The translations under genes were made by a program, and so were the position numbers. Below the pieces are notes generated by a model, which saw only the letters and a program-made list of their open reading frames with translations, searched no databases and was not told the origin of the DNA. A DNA stretch of 64,000 nt from Chrysomallon squamiferum. Its lineage: Eukaryota > Animalia > Mollusca. Below are positions 1 to 12,757 of this stretch, one piece after another. Position 1 is the stretch's first letter. Each line of letters starts with the position of its first letter. Location: positions 1,178,001 through 1,242,000 of the forward strand of contig CM022676.1 in NCBI GenBank assembly GCA_012295275.1. Reading direction: 5' to 3'.

Positions 1-109
1 TATTTGTAATAAAGTGAATATCTGCACTGTACATTATAGCTAGTGTGAGAATATGTGAATATAGTTGTCTGTCCGTCTGTCTGCTTGTGTGTCTGAATGT
101 GAATATGTT

Positions 110-254
110 TATATGTATGTAGTATATGTATGTATGTATGTATGTAGTAGTATGTATGTATGTATGTAAGTATGTATGCAGTAACTATGTATGTATGTAT
201 GTATGTGTATGTATTACGTATGTACGTATGTATATATGTACGTATATACGTATG

Positions 255-288
<34 letters not shown>

Positions 289-302
289 TATATGTATGTA
301 TG

Positions 303-336
<34 letters not shown>

Positions 337-366
337 TGTATGTATGTATATATATATGTATGTATG

Positions 367-400
<34 letters not shown>

Positions 401-420
401 TGTATGTATGTATATATGTA
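110..420. repeat. (TATG)n microsatellite
   Basis: Near-continuous tatg/tata units; source of the spurious ORFs at 126-758, 160-432 and 191-565. Confidence 0.95.
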
Positions 421-428
421 CTGCTTAC

Positions 429-863
429 TTGAAGGGATCTGGTTTCAGTGGTTTGTTGGTACCGCGAAGCCAGGCAACCATTGGTGTGTTGTTCACGAAG
501 TCATTTCTGACCTGTGCACGACAGCTCAAGGTCACGTGGTTTCCCAGAATTCCATCGACTCGTGAAGTTGAATTCACAATAACCGGCGGTCCTGGAAAGT
601 TTAATACATACATACATACATATATATATAATATAAATTATAATTTTGTTATAGAGCGTTGTTTGGAATGGGAAATAGACATTTTAAGAGATTTCATCCT
701 GAAGCTTTATTATTCCCATCCAGCTCCAACCTTACATCTGAAGCAGAAAATACTATAATTATAGTAATGACGATGATTATGACGTTGATGATAATTATGA
801 TGATAATAATAAACAATGTTATACCAGCAACAATGATAATGACGATCATGATGACGACAACAG

Positions 864-942
<79 letters not shown>

Positions 943-2033
943 TAGAAGAACAAGAAGAACAAGAACAAGAAGAATTTAAATTTGTCTAACCGTCAATAAC
1001 GACGTCAGCAGAATCCTGTAGGTTACCATAGTGACAGGAGTATTTCCCTTCGTCGTCATACGTAATATTATTAATTTTCAGAATAGATATCATAGTGTGT
1101 TTGTTTCCACGTGTCTCTGCGATGTCATATTTCGACGACTTCTTTATAGTCACTTCATTAACCAATTCGTTATAATAGTTAAATGTCCAGAAAACCTGAA
1201 GAAAGGATATATGCAAAATTGATGATGCACACAATTTGTATTCATTTTTCTTACTGTACAGTGTATTACTTACATAGTTTGTAGTGACTGTTGATACTGT
1301 ACAGTATATTACTTGCATAGTTTGTTGTGACTGTTGATACTCTACAGTGTATTACTTACATAGTTTGTAGTGACTGTTGATACTGTACAATATATTACTT
1401 GCATAGTTTGTTGTGACTGTTGATAATGTACAGTGTATTACTTACATAGTTTGTAGTGGCTGTTGATACTGTACAGTATATTACTTGCATAGTTTGTTGT
1501 GACTGTTGATACTGTACAGTATATTACTTACATAGTTTGTAGTGACTGTTGATACTGTACAGTTTATTACTTACACTGTCTGACGTTGAGGTGACTGTTG
1601 ATATTGTACAATATAATACTTACATAGTTTGTAGTGACTGTTGATACTGTACAGTGTATTAATTACATAGTTTGTAGTGACTGTTGATACTGTACAATAT
1701 ATTACTTACATAGTTTGTAGTGACTGTTCATACTGTACAGTATATTACTTACATAGTTTGTAGTGACTGTTGATACTGTACAGTTTATTACTTACACTGT
1801 CTGACGTTGAGGTGACTGTTGATATTGTACAATATATTACTTACATAGTTTGTAGTGACTGTTGATACTGTACAGTATAATACTTACACTGTCTGATGTT
1901 GAGGTGACTGTTGATATTGTACAGCGTACTGTAAGACTGGAATCTACGATTGCTCGTAAATTATCTTCGTCTATGTTTAATTCTTCTGAAGCTGCTGGTC
2001 CAGTCAGCGGAAGAAATACTAAAATTAAAATTG

Positions 2034-2089
<56 letters not shown>

Positions 2090-2102
2090 GTTGTTGTTGT
2101 TG

Positions 2103-2152
<50 letters not shown>

Positions 2153-2508
2153 GTTATTATTACTAATATTATTATTGTTATTATTATTATTATTATTATT
2201 ACTAATATTATTATATAACAATATGTGTATATAACAATAGTAATAATAACAAAAAATAAAAATAATATATTTACAGATAGATGCACACATAACGTCATAT
2301 ATACATACATATAAACATACATGTGGACGACCAGTATCGTTATATATTTGTAGTTTGTATTTAGTCATTTATTTCTAAAATATGTGTTTGAAATAAAAAC
2401 AAGCTAATTAGACTAATGTATGTTTATTTTATGTCGAAATCTACTAAAGAATCATTTTAAAATGACAAAATCAAACTTACCTAACAATAACATGAACCAA
2501 TAATTCAT
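429..2508 (-). CDS. Secreted or membrane immunoglobulin-superfamily protein, 5' part only (signal peptide, Ig1, start of Ig2; loosely FGFR/FGFRL-like); continues beyond the window start
   Basis: Phase-consistent exons 2508-2481 (MNYWFMLLL, donor GTAAGT), 2018-1888, 1195-991 and 591-429. Spliced product: MNYWFMLLLVFLPLTGPAAS-EELNIDEDNLRAIVDSSLTVRC...VFWTF...LKINNITYDDEGKYSC...DGPPVIVNSTSRVDGILGNHVTLSCRAQ...PMVAWLRG. This has a hydrophobic signal peptide and the Ig C...W...DxGxYxC pattern. Family assignment beyond IgSF is uncertain. Confidence 0.8.
1254..1925. repeat. Minisatellite of about 15 units (43 bp, three of 49 bp) built from an exon end and splice donor
   Basis: Unit tgtacagtatattacttacatagtttgtagtgactgttgatac recurs every 43 nt (donor-like hexamers at about 1268, 1311, 1354 ... 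1839, 1882). The 49-bp variants (cttacactgtctgacgttgaggtgactgttgatattgtaca) at about 1569, 1790 and 1882 match the 3' end of exon 2018-1888. Confidence 0.95.
2035..2215. repeat. (ATT)n/(GTT)n trinucleotide microsatellite
   Basis: Direct inspection; gives the poly-I, poly-L and poly-N artefact ORFs. Confidence 0.95.
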
Positions 2509-3204
2509 GTTTACATCTTCTCGTTTCCCTGCGAATTATTAATATTTTTTAAAACAAATTAACAGAGATATCCAGTCTTGTCAGTGTAATTTTCTACAAA
2601 CAATCGAAATGCTGTTGTCGTAGGTGTTGTTGTATAACTCTTTCTTTACCAAACATGATGATTCATTCTTCTTACGTATTACTGAACAAACAACCAACAC
2701 AAGACGTAAACATGAATAGAATTTCCATCAAAAACAAGTTACTTTTATCGTTCCATATGGTGTCAAAATGCATCAGACTTTCTTAATACTTTCTTCTCGA
2801 TTTGCTGTTTTAAATAGAAGTAACATTCGCTTAGGAAAACAGTAATAAAAACAAAATAAATCAGAAGGTGGGAAGACAATAAAATCATTGTGGGTCACTT
2901 GTAGAAGGTGGCTAAGCCTGAATCGTCACTGAACCGTTGATAAATGGTCTGCCTGGGTTCAGGGGACAGACCAGTGTCAGTTACAAGGGAGGGCAGTCAG
3001 CTGAGACGGTAGAAGCGCGAAGATATCGTACAGTTCTTTTCTTTGTGCCACTGTTACTAGGATCGCTTTAAGCGCGATAATTTTACATTTACGATAATTT
3101 TATTACGACACAAATAATTATTAGCTCGTATGAACCGCAAAACAAAGACAAAGAAAGCGTCAGAGATAGAGAGTACGAAAGAGAGTTAGAGAAAGATCGA
3201 GCAA

Positions 3205-3215
3205 GACAGAGAGAG

Positions 3216-3304
<89 letters not shown>

Positions 3305-3340
3305 CAAACAGACAGACAGAGTGAGAGTACATTTAGAGAC
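3205..3340. repeat. (GA)n/(GACA)n microsatellite
   Basis: Direct inspection. Confidence 0.9.
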
Positions 3341-5404
3341 AGAAACAACTACCACTTGATAATATAAATATAAAAATATAACATATCAATAACTTTGTGA
3401 GTTTACTTTTAATATCTTCACACATAAGTCTTAACATTATAAATCCAGTCCAACATGATTTTTCTTTTTTCACTCAGACCGTTGGTAGGACGCATTCTTA
3501 GTCTTTTCAGTAGTTATCAGTAATCTAGTCTTATTTTAAACTCTTCAGCAACCATCAACATCAGATCAACACTGTTAGCTTTTAAATTTTAGTTATCATT
3601 ATATACCACTGAAGGAGTTGAGATGACATTCTTAATTTAAGTAAAACATATTTTTAAAAGAAAACTGATAAATAATTAAATTAATATTTAAAAAATTTAT
3701 TGTAAGACTGAAATGAATACAAATTTCATGATTATAATTTTAAAAAACGAACAGAAGATGGCATTCATATGGTATTTATATATAAAAATAAATAAACAGG
3801 TAAATAAAACCAAACAAAACCTTAAATAAGAAGTTAAATTCCTAGGTATTCGTCTTCCTAAATTTAATTATATTCGCAGACAGTTTTAAAACTTATTATT
3901 AGCGGTTAGAATAATAGATAGGAAATACTGACAAGAGTATTAAATTTGTTTTGATAATAGATATTATTAGTATTTAGTATGGATATCTGTCGTTTATTTA
4001 TTTTTTTTTTTTATTAAAATATATACACACTTTTTTATTATTTATTTGTTTCTTCTTCTCCTTCTTCTTCATCTTCTTCATTATCATCATAATATTTTTA
4101 TTATAATAATAAAATTAATAATTAAATAAAATAACTGAAGATGGGGTATCACAAAGTACGACAGACGTGGACTTGGCGAGTTTCCTACTATCACACATAA
4201 ATCACTCAAACACGTGTGCACCGCCCTGCAGTAACATCACATCTGAAAATTCCTTTTTTTTTTTTTCTTTTTCTTTTACCCGTACTGTCGTGACTTCGGT
4301 GTCCTGGGAAAGTATTCTCAGTTTATTAATAAACCCGTTGCTTATTCAAATCAACACAACTTCAGTGCTTACTCTGTGTTTAAAATTCCGTCTTTGTTAC
4401 GTACATTAAATACGTGCTTATGTTGAGTTAATAGCCGTTTGTGAACACATTAAAGAAAAAACAGTATGGGACTTTACCTCTACGTTTTATACTGCTGCTG
4501 CTGCACACACACAGATACAGATATACATACACATACATACATACAAAACAAATATATGTATGTGTCCGTATGTCCATCAGTCTATGATGTATCTATTTAT
4601 ATTTTTTATATATGTAGTGTAAAAGTATGTTTCTCCATAGCAATTTTCTTTTCTTGTTTTATATATATATAATTAAAGGGAAGATTGTCGGAAAATATAC
4701 CAGAGAATTCCTTTCAAGATATTTAAATTTTTTCCATCTTGTATTTACACAATTATGTGTTCATTTGTTTCTATATATATGGGTATGCATGCGTGCGTTC
4801 ACACATTTGTAAAACTATAATTTTAATGTACATTTAGAAAAGCACCTAACAGACTCAGGTTTAGCAGGGTAACATTCAGTGAACTGTGACATCCTTCACA
4901 ATGACGATCAACGTTTATTCCGTTGATAATATCCTAAATCCATAGATATAAATCAGCAGTGACAGACGATGTCTGCACAGTGTTAACAGTCATCAGTTGT
5001 TTTGAACCGTCTGTCTACTTTTGATGGGATTTGTTTGTTATTTATTTATTTACCTGTTCTCTCTAATTTGAAGGTAACCTAAGCCAAAAATTAAAGAAAA
5101 TAAATATATCTTTTACCAACAGCAGTCATATGAGTTATATTATTGTTGTGTTGTTGCGACTGCGGTTGCTGTGACTGTGACTGTGGCTATGGTGGTTGCG
5201 GTTGCTGTGGCTGCTGCAGTTGGTTATTATTATTACTGTTAATAATATATTATTATTATTATTACTACTACTACTACTACTATTATTATTATTAGCATTA
5301 TTATTACTACTACTACTACTATTAGCAGTAGTAGTAGTAGTAGTAGTAGTAGATTATTATATTGATACTGAAGTGTAATGCAGGCTGTCTCGGACATTTT
5401 TCTG

Positions 5405-5515
5405 TCTGACGCATATCTCAACAACATGGTCAGCGCGTGCAGACTGCAGTGAGCACACAAACCTGTCACTTCTCACTTCGCGCAGACACAGGCGTCACGT
5501 GACAACACGCCATCT
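5405..5515. promoter_or_regulatory. Candidate promoter or regulatory patch
   Basis: Locally GC- and CpG-rich, with CAACATGG (YY1-like), GCGCGTGC and the palindromic E-box GTCACGTGAC near 5494. Lies between the divergent Ig gene and the GPCR gene. Motif-only evidence. Confidence 0.3.
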
Positions 5516-5599
5516 TTCTAATATAACATCATGGTCATTTTATTCACCTGGCGATGACTTTCTGTTGTTTTTGTTGCTGTAGTTATCGTTGTTGATTTC

Positions 5600-5755
<156 letters not shown>

Positions 5756-6520
5756 ATTAATACATTTTTTTATTATTGTTGTTAATTATAATGAAATCCC
5801 ATCTATAAAATACCTCTGCTACCACTGTATGGAAATAATGGTTTATTTCGTTGTGCACGTAACAATGGAAGATTAAACAGTCATTTTTGGTTGAATGTTT
5901 ATATATCATAACTATAACACTTTGACAATATTATAAAAGTTGCAGGGAGAATAACTCTGGTTGTCACAATTTTGTTTCGAATAGAAAGAGTATCGTGCCT
6001 TTATTCATCTTCTTATTTAGTTTTCTAACAAAGTATGTAAGATATTTTTTAAATTGTGTGTGTGGGTGTAAACATATATATATATATTCCTCTTAAATGG
6101 AGAAGATGTGTTCATTGTGATATTCAGCTTCTTTCTAAATAATAATTAAAATTATATGAATTACAAGTATCATTTTCTTTATTAATAATGATTACTTATC
6201 TCTTTTTTTTGACAAATGGTTTCACATCACTGGATTACAAAATATGAGTTTGTTCTCTCCTGCCTCTGAGTAGGCGCTTAGTCGTACAATCTATTACTGC
6301 TTAAATTAATGATAAAAGTAGCATTGAAAGACTGGCTACAAGCAGACGGTTTCAGTGAACGTTTTGTTAGAAACGCAATCAGCATTAAATGTCTTTTCAA
6401 AAAGCATTGTTATAATCATTAAAAAATAAAAATTAAAAAAGAAGAAGAAGGTATAAGTGAGGTAATTAAAGTATTCTTAATTAATTCATCTCTGTTTATT
6501 TCTTTTCTTCTGTCTCACAG

Positions 6521-6640
6521 TTTCTTTCTGTTTGTTGTTGACAATACGTGTGTGTTTAGTGGCCGGCACTGAAAGCTTGTCTAACAGTAAAATATTTACT
6601 TGTTCTCTGATCTGTTCAATCAGAGACAGAAACGATGCAG
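6521..6640 (+). other. Candidate upstream exon of the GPR156-like gene (phase 1-1, 120 nt)
   Basis: Strong acceptor tcttttcttctgtctcacag and donor GCAG|gtaaaa. Open frame SFCLLLTIRVCLVAGTESLSNSKIFTCSLICSIRDRNDA is phase-compatible with exon 12758. No start exon identified. Confidence 0.35.
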
Positions 6641-8600
6641 GTAAAAATTTCACACAACTGACTGGTTCTTATAAACCCAGCCTTGCAAACACGCAGAATA
6701 AACAAACAGATGTAAACACGTAAATAAACTGTGACACTGATAGAAGAGACGTATTTTAAACACTCGTTACAGCTTTGCTTATTTACAACGTTTTGTGTAT
6801 TTTCAACGTCTGTATAACAACGCGACCCCTAGAACGTGAAGGGTGTGTACACAGTAAGCACATTTAGCAAATGAATCTCTTCACACATTAAAAGCCTGTG
6901 ATTAAAGTGGTAATTAATTATTTACTACAAAATGAATGAATGAATGAATTGATAAATTACTGAATATTGAACCCCAACGCAGCAACTTTCAGTTTTAATT
7001 ATTTTATTAAATATATAGGGGTTTTGTTTTTGTTTGTTTTGTTTGCTTACTTGTTGTTGTTTGGGATTTTTTATGTTTTTTGTGGGGTTTTTTGTGGGGT
7101 TGTTTATAACATTTTAATTTTTCTTTTCTTTTTTTCTTAGGGGGTGTGTTTTCCTTTTTTCCTTTTTTTTCCTTTTTTTTTCAATTAATATATTATTAAA
7201 AAATCAGTCATAGCAAAGGAACTGTTCTTTGATATTTTAGTGTCACTGACAATTTAGGGAAAAGGACAGACATACAGACAGACAGACAAATAGACAGATA
7301 GACACAGAGAGAGAGAGTACTTACATATAATAATCCTAGTGTGTTTGTGTATACAAATATATGTTTGTGCGTATATAAAAACAGATATTTTGATGGATAT
7401 ATTTTATACAGTCAGTTGTGTATGACAGACAGACAGACAGACAGACAGACATACAAAACATAATAGATACATATGTGTGTTTTGTGTGTATACCATATGT
7501 GCGTATATAAGAACAGATAGTTCACATTAAATTCAGTCAACTGTGTGTGTGTATATATGTATGTATGTCTATGTATATGTGTATGTGTGTGGATATGTGT
7601 ATGTGTGGTTGGGTGCACACGCGTGTCTACAAACTGACATTTTGATCTGTATATTTCATTCAGTCAGCAGGTGTGGTTATAACACTGTGTAGATAACAGT
7701 GTGTAACTGATTTTTTCTGTGATTCTTGTAATTGGTGTCAAAGATTTTCTTCACCTTCCTCGCGGTTTCAAGCGTTGAAACTCAAAATAAGACATTATTA
7801 TATGTACAGAAAACTCAAAATATTCGCATTGTTTTCATTTTACAGATACTCTCTGTGTCGAGGTACGCGGGGTTTAGAGTTTATCGCTTGATTTATTTAG
7901 GTGAGTGTGTGCCTGTTTATTATTACTGAATATTTTGTTTGAATTTTTATAACCAATTTTTAAATAACATTTTAAAGCAGGAGTCAAAAATATATTTGCT
8001 GGACAACGTGTGTGTGTGTGTGTGTGTAGACGCATATACACAGAGATAATTATATTCATTTTCAAACATTTGATACCTTCTACTTTTCTTTTCTCTCAGT
8101 CACTCTCTGTCGATCTCAATTCCCTTAGTAATATCAAAATAGTTGTTTAGTTTCTATCATTTTAAATTTAATCTCTGTCACTGTGTGAATGTGTACAGAA
8201 AATACAGAATACTGATTTACTAGACGGCTATTTGTGATTGCAGATATTTACATATGTATATGTACATTTATATACAGTTTATATGTTTATATAAGTGATG
8301 AAAGCCAATATTTACATTATCATGTAACCAATATTATTATTTTTCATTCTACTTTTTTTAATTCATATATATATCGCAATCTACAATTGTTCCTTACCAT
8401 TCTAGGGGTTTTTTTGTTGTTGTTTTTCGTTATTCCTGTATATACATGTTCTGTTTATTTATTTTATTTTTATTTTTGCTAATATTGATCCTTGAATGTT
8501 ATTACATCCCTAGTATTCTAGTTTGTCGACATTTTGTCGTATGTAAACATTAAACAGAGTGAGCTTCTGTAAACATATCAACACAACATTGTTTAGTCCA

Positions 8601-8738
8601 GCGCGCATGCTCAGACGAAGTAAGCAAACTTCCAAATATTTTGAAAGAGTTGATCTTTTATTTAGTTTTTTTCTCAACATGGATGTCAGTCGGCTTCAGA
8701 ATTTTCTGAGTTTTATATTTTTATTCTCATAACTGCAG
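8601..8738 (+). promoter_or_regulatory. Candidate alternative promoter and first exon of the GPR156-like gene, with a short uORF
   Basis: NRF1-like GCGCGCATGCTCAG at 8601; ATG at 8679 (MDVSRLQNFLSFIFLFS*); strong donor GCAG|gtaagg at 8738/8739. Confidence 0.35.
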
Positions 8739-9087
8739 GTAAGGTTAATTTCAATAATTAAAATGTACAGTTTAATTATAGTTTATTTAATTATTTTTAA
8801 TAAAGATATTTTGTAACTTTATAAGGCTATTGATTTTTCAGTAAAACTATTTCTTTATTCATTTATTCATTCATTCATTTCTTTTATTTTTTAAACTTTT
8901 ATTTTGAATATTTTTAATTTTTTAAACTTTTTTAATTTTAATAAATATAACTTTATATATCAATTTATACTTACGTGTGAATTAGTCAGTATTAATAATT
9001 ATAGTGAATACATAGATTATATATGTATATTTGTTTCCATTTACTCATTTTTTATTTTAAATGTTAATAAACAAATTTATTGTGACA

Positions 9088-9091
<4 letters not shown>

Positions 9092-9182
<91 letters not shown>
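9092..9182. repeat. (CT)n microsatellite
   Basis: Direct inspection. Similar GA/CT tracts occur at about 10291-10358, 11106-11207, 47402-47473 and 60656-60716. Confidence 0.95.
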
Positions 9183-9186
<4 letters not shown>

Positions 9187-9236
9187 CCAGTTTTCAACAA
9201 GGCGTTTAATTAAGATACTAAAAAATGTATTTAATA

Positions 9237-9284
<48 letters not shown>

Positions 9285-10287
9285 GTATTGATCAGATAGA
9301 CACCTGTATATATGTCGTTCTATTCACTGTTATTTTTCAGTTAGTTATATAATGAAATTTGATATCGTAATCTAAGAATAACTAAATTTGATTTTAAAGG
9401 CGACTATATAACATGAAATCTTTGTAAAACTAAAAACACTTGTACCGAGCTGTCTATAAAAAACATGTTGGAACGGAATTTTAACAATGAATTCCTAATT
9501 CAACAGAAAGAAGTGTCTGTTACAAAACAACCCACTCAGACATCAAGACGTGATGTCAAGGATTAAATAGTTCATAGAATAGAGGTGGCCATTAAATACT
9601 GTGGAATGAGGGATTCCGAATTTGAATGATAATAATGATGATTATGATAATCAAAAATGATGATGATATTAATAATAATATAATAATATGGTAATCGTAA
9701 CTCTATGATAATGACATGATGAAGATAATGATGATTAATTAGGATGATACTGATCACAAGATAATGAACATAATAATGATGATACGATACTCAGGTTTAA
9801 TTTTTTTTTAAATGAGATTAAATAATGAACTGAAATGTATTCACAACTTTTTTCTTTTGCTAATTAAATTAAATTTGAGTAATAATGATAATGATATTCA
9901 AATAACTGATATTTAATTAATTGTAGTAATAATTTCGCGCAGAATCAGTTACAACAAATCTTACAGCGGGAACGGGCCGTTTCAAAACTTCATCCTCAAC
10001 CTAAACCCGGAAGGTTCATCCCTGTTTGAAGCACAAAACGACGAGGCTAATCCGATAAACTGTTACAGCACGCCCTGACTCTAAAAGTGTATTGTTCTAA
10101 AAATAATCTCTCCTTATTTGAGTAAAAATAAACACGTATATTTATAAATACAGACCCAACGAAATATTTGTACTTATTCTTTAGTAAATAAAATTCTTTT
10201 GACAGAGAATGTTAATAACGTTCTTGCGTGTTCTGTCAACTTTCAGACAGGCTATTTTTTCTAAAACTACCGTTTGTTTTGTTACTT

Positions 10288-10364
<77 letters not shown>

Positions 10365-10523
10365 ATTTATTTTAATTATTTTACTTTATCTTTCTAGGAT
10401 TTATATCGAAGTCTTGGCATAAAGATTTTTTAATAGACTGGTTTCAAATTCCGTCATTCTTTAGAACTAAGTTTGTCTGAAACAAAATGTAGATTGGTAT
10501 GTTTTCTCAATCTTTCTTCTCTC

Positions 10524-10635
10524 GGAGCGAGCATAGCTAGGGCCAGAGCATGCGCATACGGTGCAATACAGCGTAGATCGATTTCTCATAGCTGACACAC
10601 TTGACAGTTTGTCATTTCAGCCTCTGCTTCACACG
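10524..10635 (+). mobile_element. Possible degenerate tRNA-derived SINE head
   Basis: Box-A-like TAGCTAGGGCCAGAGC and box-B-like AGATCGATTTC at tRNA-like spacing, in a GC-richer patch. No full cloverleaf or target-site duplication seen. Confidence 0.3.
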
Positions 10636-10872
10636 CACGGATGAAACATATTTCGCATGGCTCCCGAAGCTCACCTCTCACTATTTTTCTCTCCGTCGAG
10701 TTTTCTTTGCAGTCCTTTTATGATTTTATAATTTTTCATACGTGCAAATATGTTATACTTCTTGAGTCCACATCACGGTTGTTCTCATCCAGGGATTGAA
10801 GGAGAGAAAGCGCCTTGAATTTTGCTTATACATATGTTATTTAAATATATCTGTTATTTGTAAATCTTTTAC

Positions 10873-10925
<53 letters not shown>

Positions 10926-11103
10926 GATAATTGATATATATATATTATATGAGAGACATGCTTTTGGAAAGATGGAAAGAGAGATAATAGATAGATATAT
11001 GTTGATATCGATATTTTATGAGAGATATAATGGAGAGAGAAGCAAAGAGAGTGACTGACAACCGGTAATAAAAAACAGACATTTACAGAGGTGTTGAAGA
11101 AAT

Positions 11104-11209
<106 letters not shown>

Positions 11210-12633
11210 TGTTAAACAAATCTCAGACTTGTTAAACAAATATTTTCACTTGTTCTCGACTTTCACGTCTCTGTGAGGATTTTCAGCTGTACACTGTCAT
11301 GTCGGGTGAGAAAATATTAAACACGTTTTAACATGTCAGTCACATTACCTGAAAATAGGACTGTTATAAATAAGACACGAATATTACTTATATACAGCCG
11401 TCAGCTTTGTGGTGGAACGAACGTGTACATTTATAGTTCAAACAGCTGCTTGTAATCCAGAGAAAATTTTGAATGTAAAAATTATCTAATAACAATTTGC
11501 TTCGGATTAAGCTTGTGAATTTCAGTCATTTCATTCGTCTACATGACTACATATGCATGAGTACATGTAAGAGATAGATAGAATAGTATTGTTGTTTTTT
11601 TGCAGTATCGTGTTTTTCTACGTAGTTTTATTATTTTTCGTTTACTGTTCAGTTCCTAATTGTAATAATATATGTCATATCTGTGGGAAAGTTCATATGA
11701 GAGATTCATGAGAATGTAGAGTATTTCTCTGAAGACCACAAGAAAAAGAAAATCTTTCGACATTCAATATACCTTGAGAGAAAACCGATTCAGTGTTATG
11801 CAAGAACAAACTTTAAACTGATTCAATTACCACGAACAGATAACACCAAATACCATGTCTCTTTTAAACTCCTTACTAAACATACATGAGGCAAGTGGAA
11901 ATCTCTTTCCTATGCAAAAACAGGATAGTTAATTTTCATTTTCTTTTAGTTCCCTCTCTTTCTCTCTGTGTGTCTCTCTGTTTTTCTTTCTTTCTCTTTC
12001 TATCTTTTGTTTTCTCGCTTAATCTCTTTGTGTCTTTATCTCTCTTTTGTCTGTCATTCCTTCCCTCTCTCTCTCTTTCTCTCACTCTCTCTACCTCTGC
12101 CTCTACCTATCTCTCTCTCTCTCTATCATTGTGTGGGTGGGTGTATCATTTAAAACTTTTTGTTGTGTTGTGTTATTTAAATTTAAATTATTATAATTTG
12201 ATTATTCTGCTTGAGAACAGCAGCCAGTAAAGCAACAATCGGCGACAGATTACCGCTCGCTGTATTTAATCACTGTTCCTTTATCTAATGTATTTACTTA
12301 TTTTACACATATTTTACATATTTCTGATTTCATTTATACGTTTCATGGCTACATTATGTTTTCTAGTTCTAGTCGGAGTTTAACATTGACACAATACAGC
12401 TGATATCCGATTACTTTCAAAGTTCAGCCATTAGCTAATAGTTATTTTGGAAGCTATTCAATGTTAAGTAAATCTAGCTTTCATTTATTTTCCTGCCATA
12501 AAGTGAAATATGTACATCAAAATCCAGAGTGTATTCTTAGTAAATAATTAAATACCTCAAACCTTTTCCTTGCGACATTGCGAATTTTACGGATAACTTC
12601 CTGACCTGATTATCGTATTTATTAATACTACTG

Positions 12634-12686
<53 letters not shown>

Positions 12687-12757
12687 GGTTACATTTTATG
12701 TTATCTAACTCCGATTTTATATATATATATATATATTTTTTTTTTCCCCCCCTGCAG

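Noticed and set aside
126-758. Long MYVC-repeat ORFs
   Set aside because: Translations of the (TATG)n microsatellite; the real exon here is on the minus strand (591-429).
1254-1925. CRISPR-like regular repeat array
   Set aside because: Head-to-tail units with no unique spacers, in a eukaryotic intron, with no cas genes.
1837-2368. Poly-I, poly-L and poly-N ORFs (also at 5589, 41079-41382 and 44298-44707)
   Set aside because: Trinucleotide microsatellites; only the embedded spliced exons are credible.
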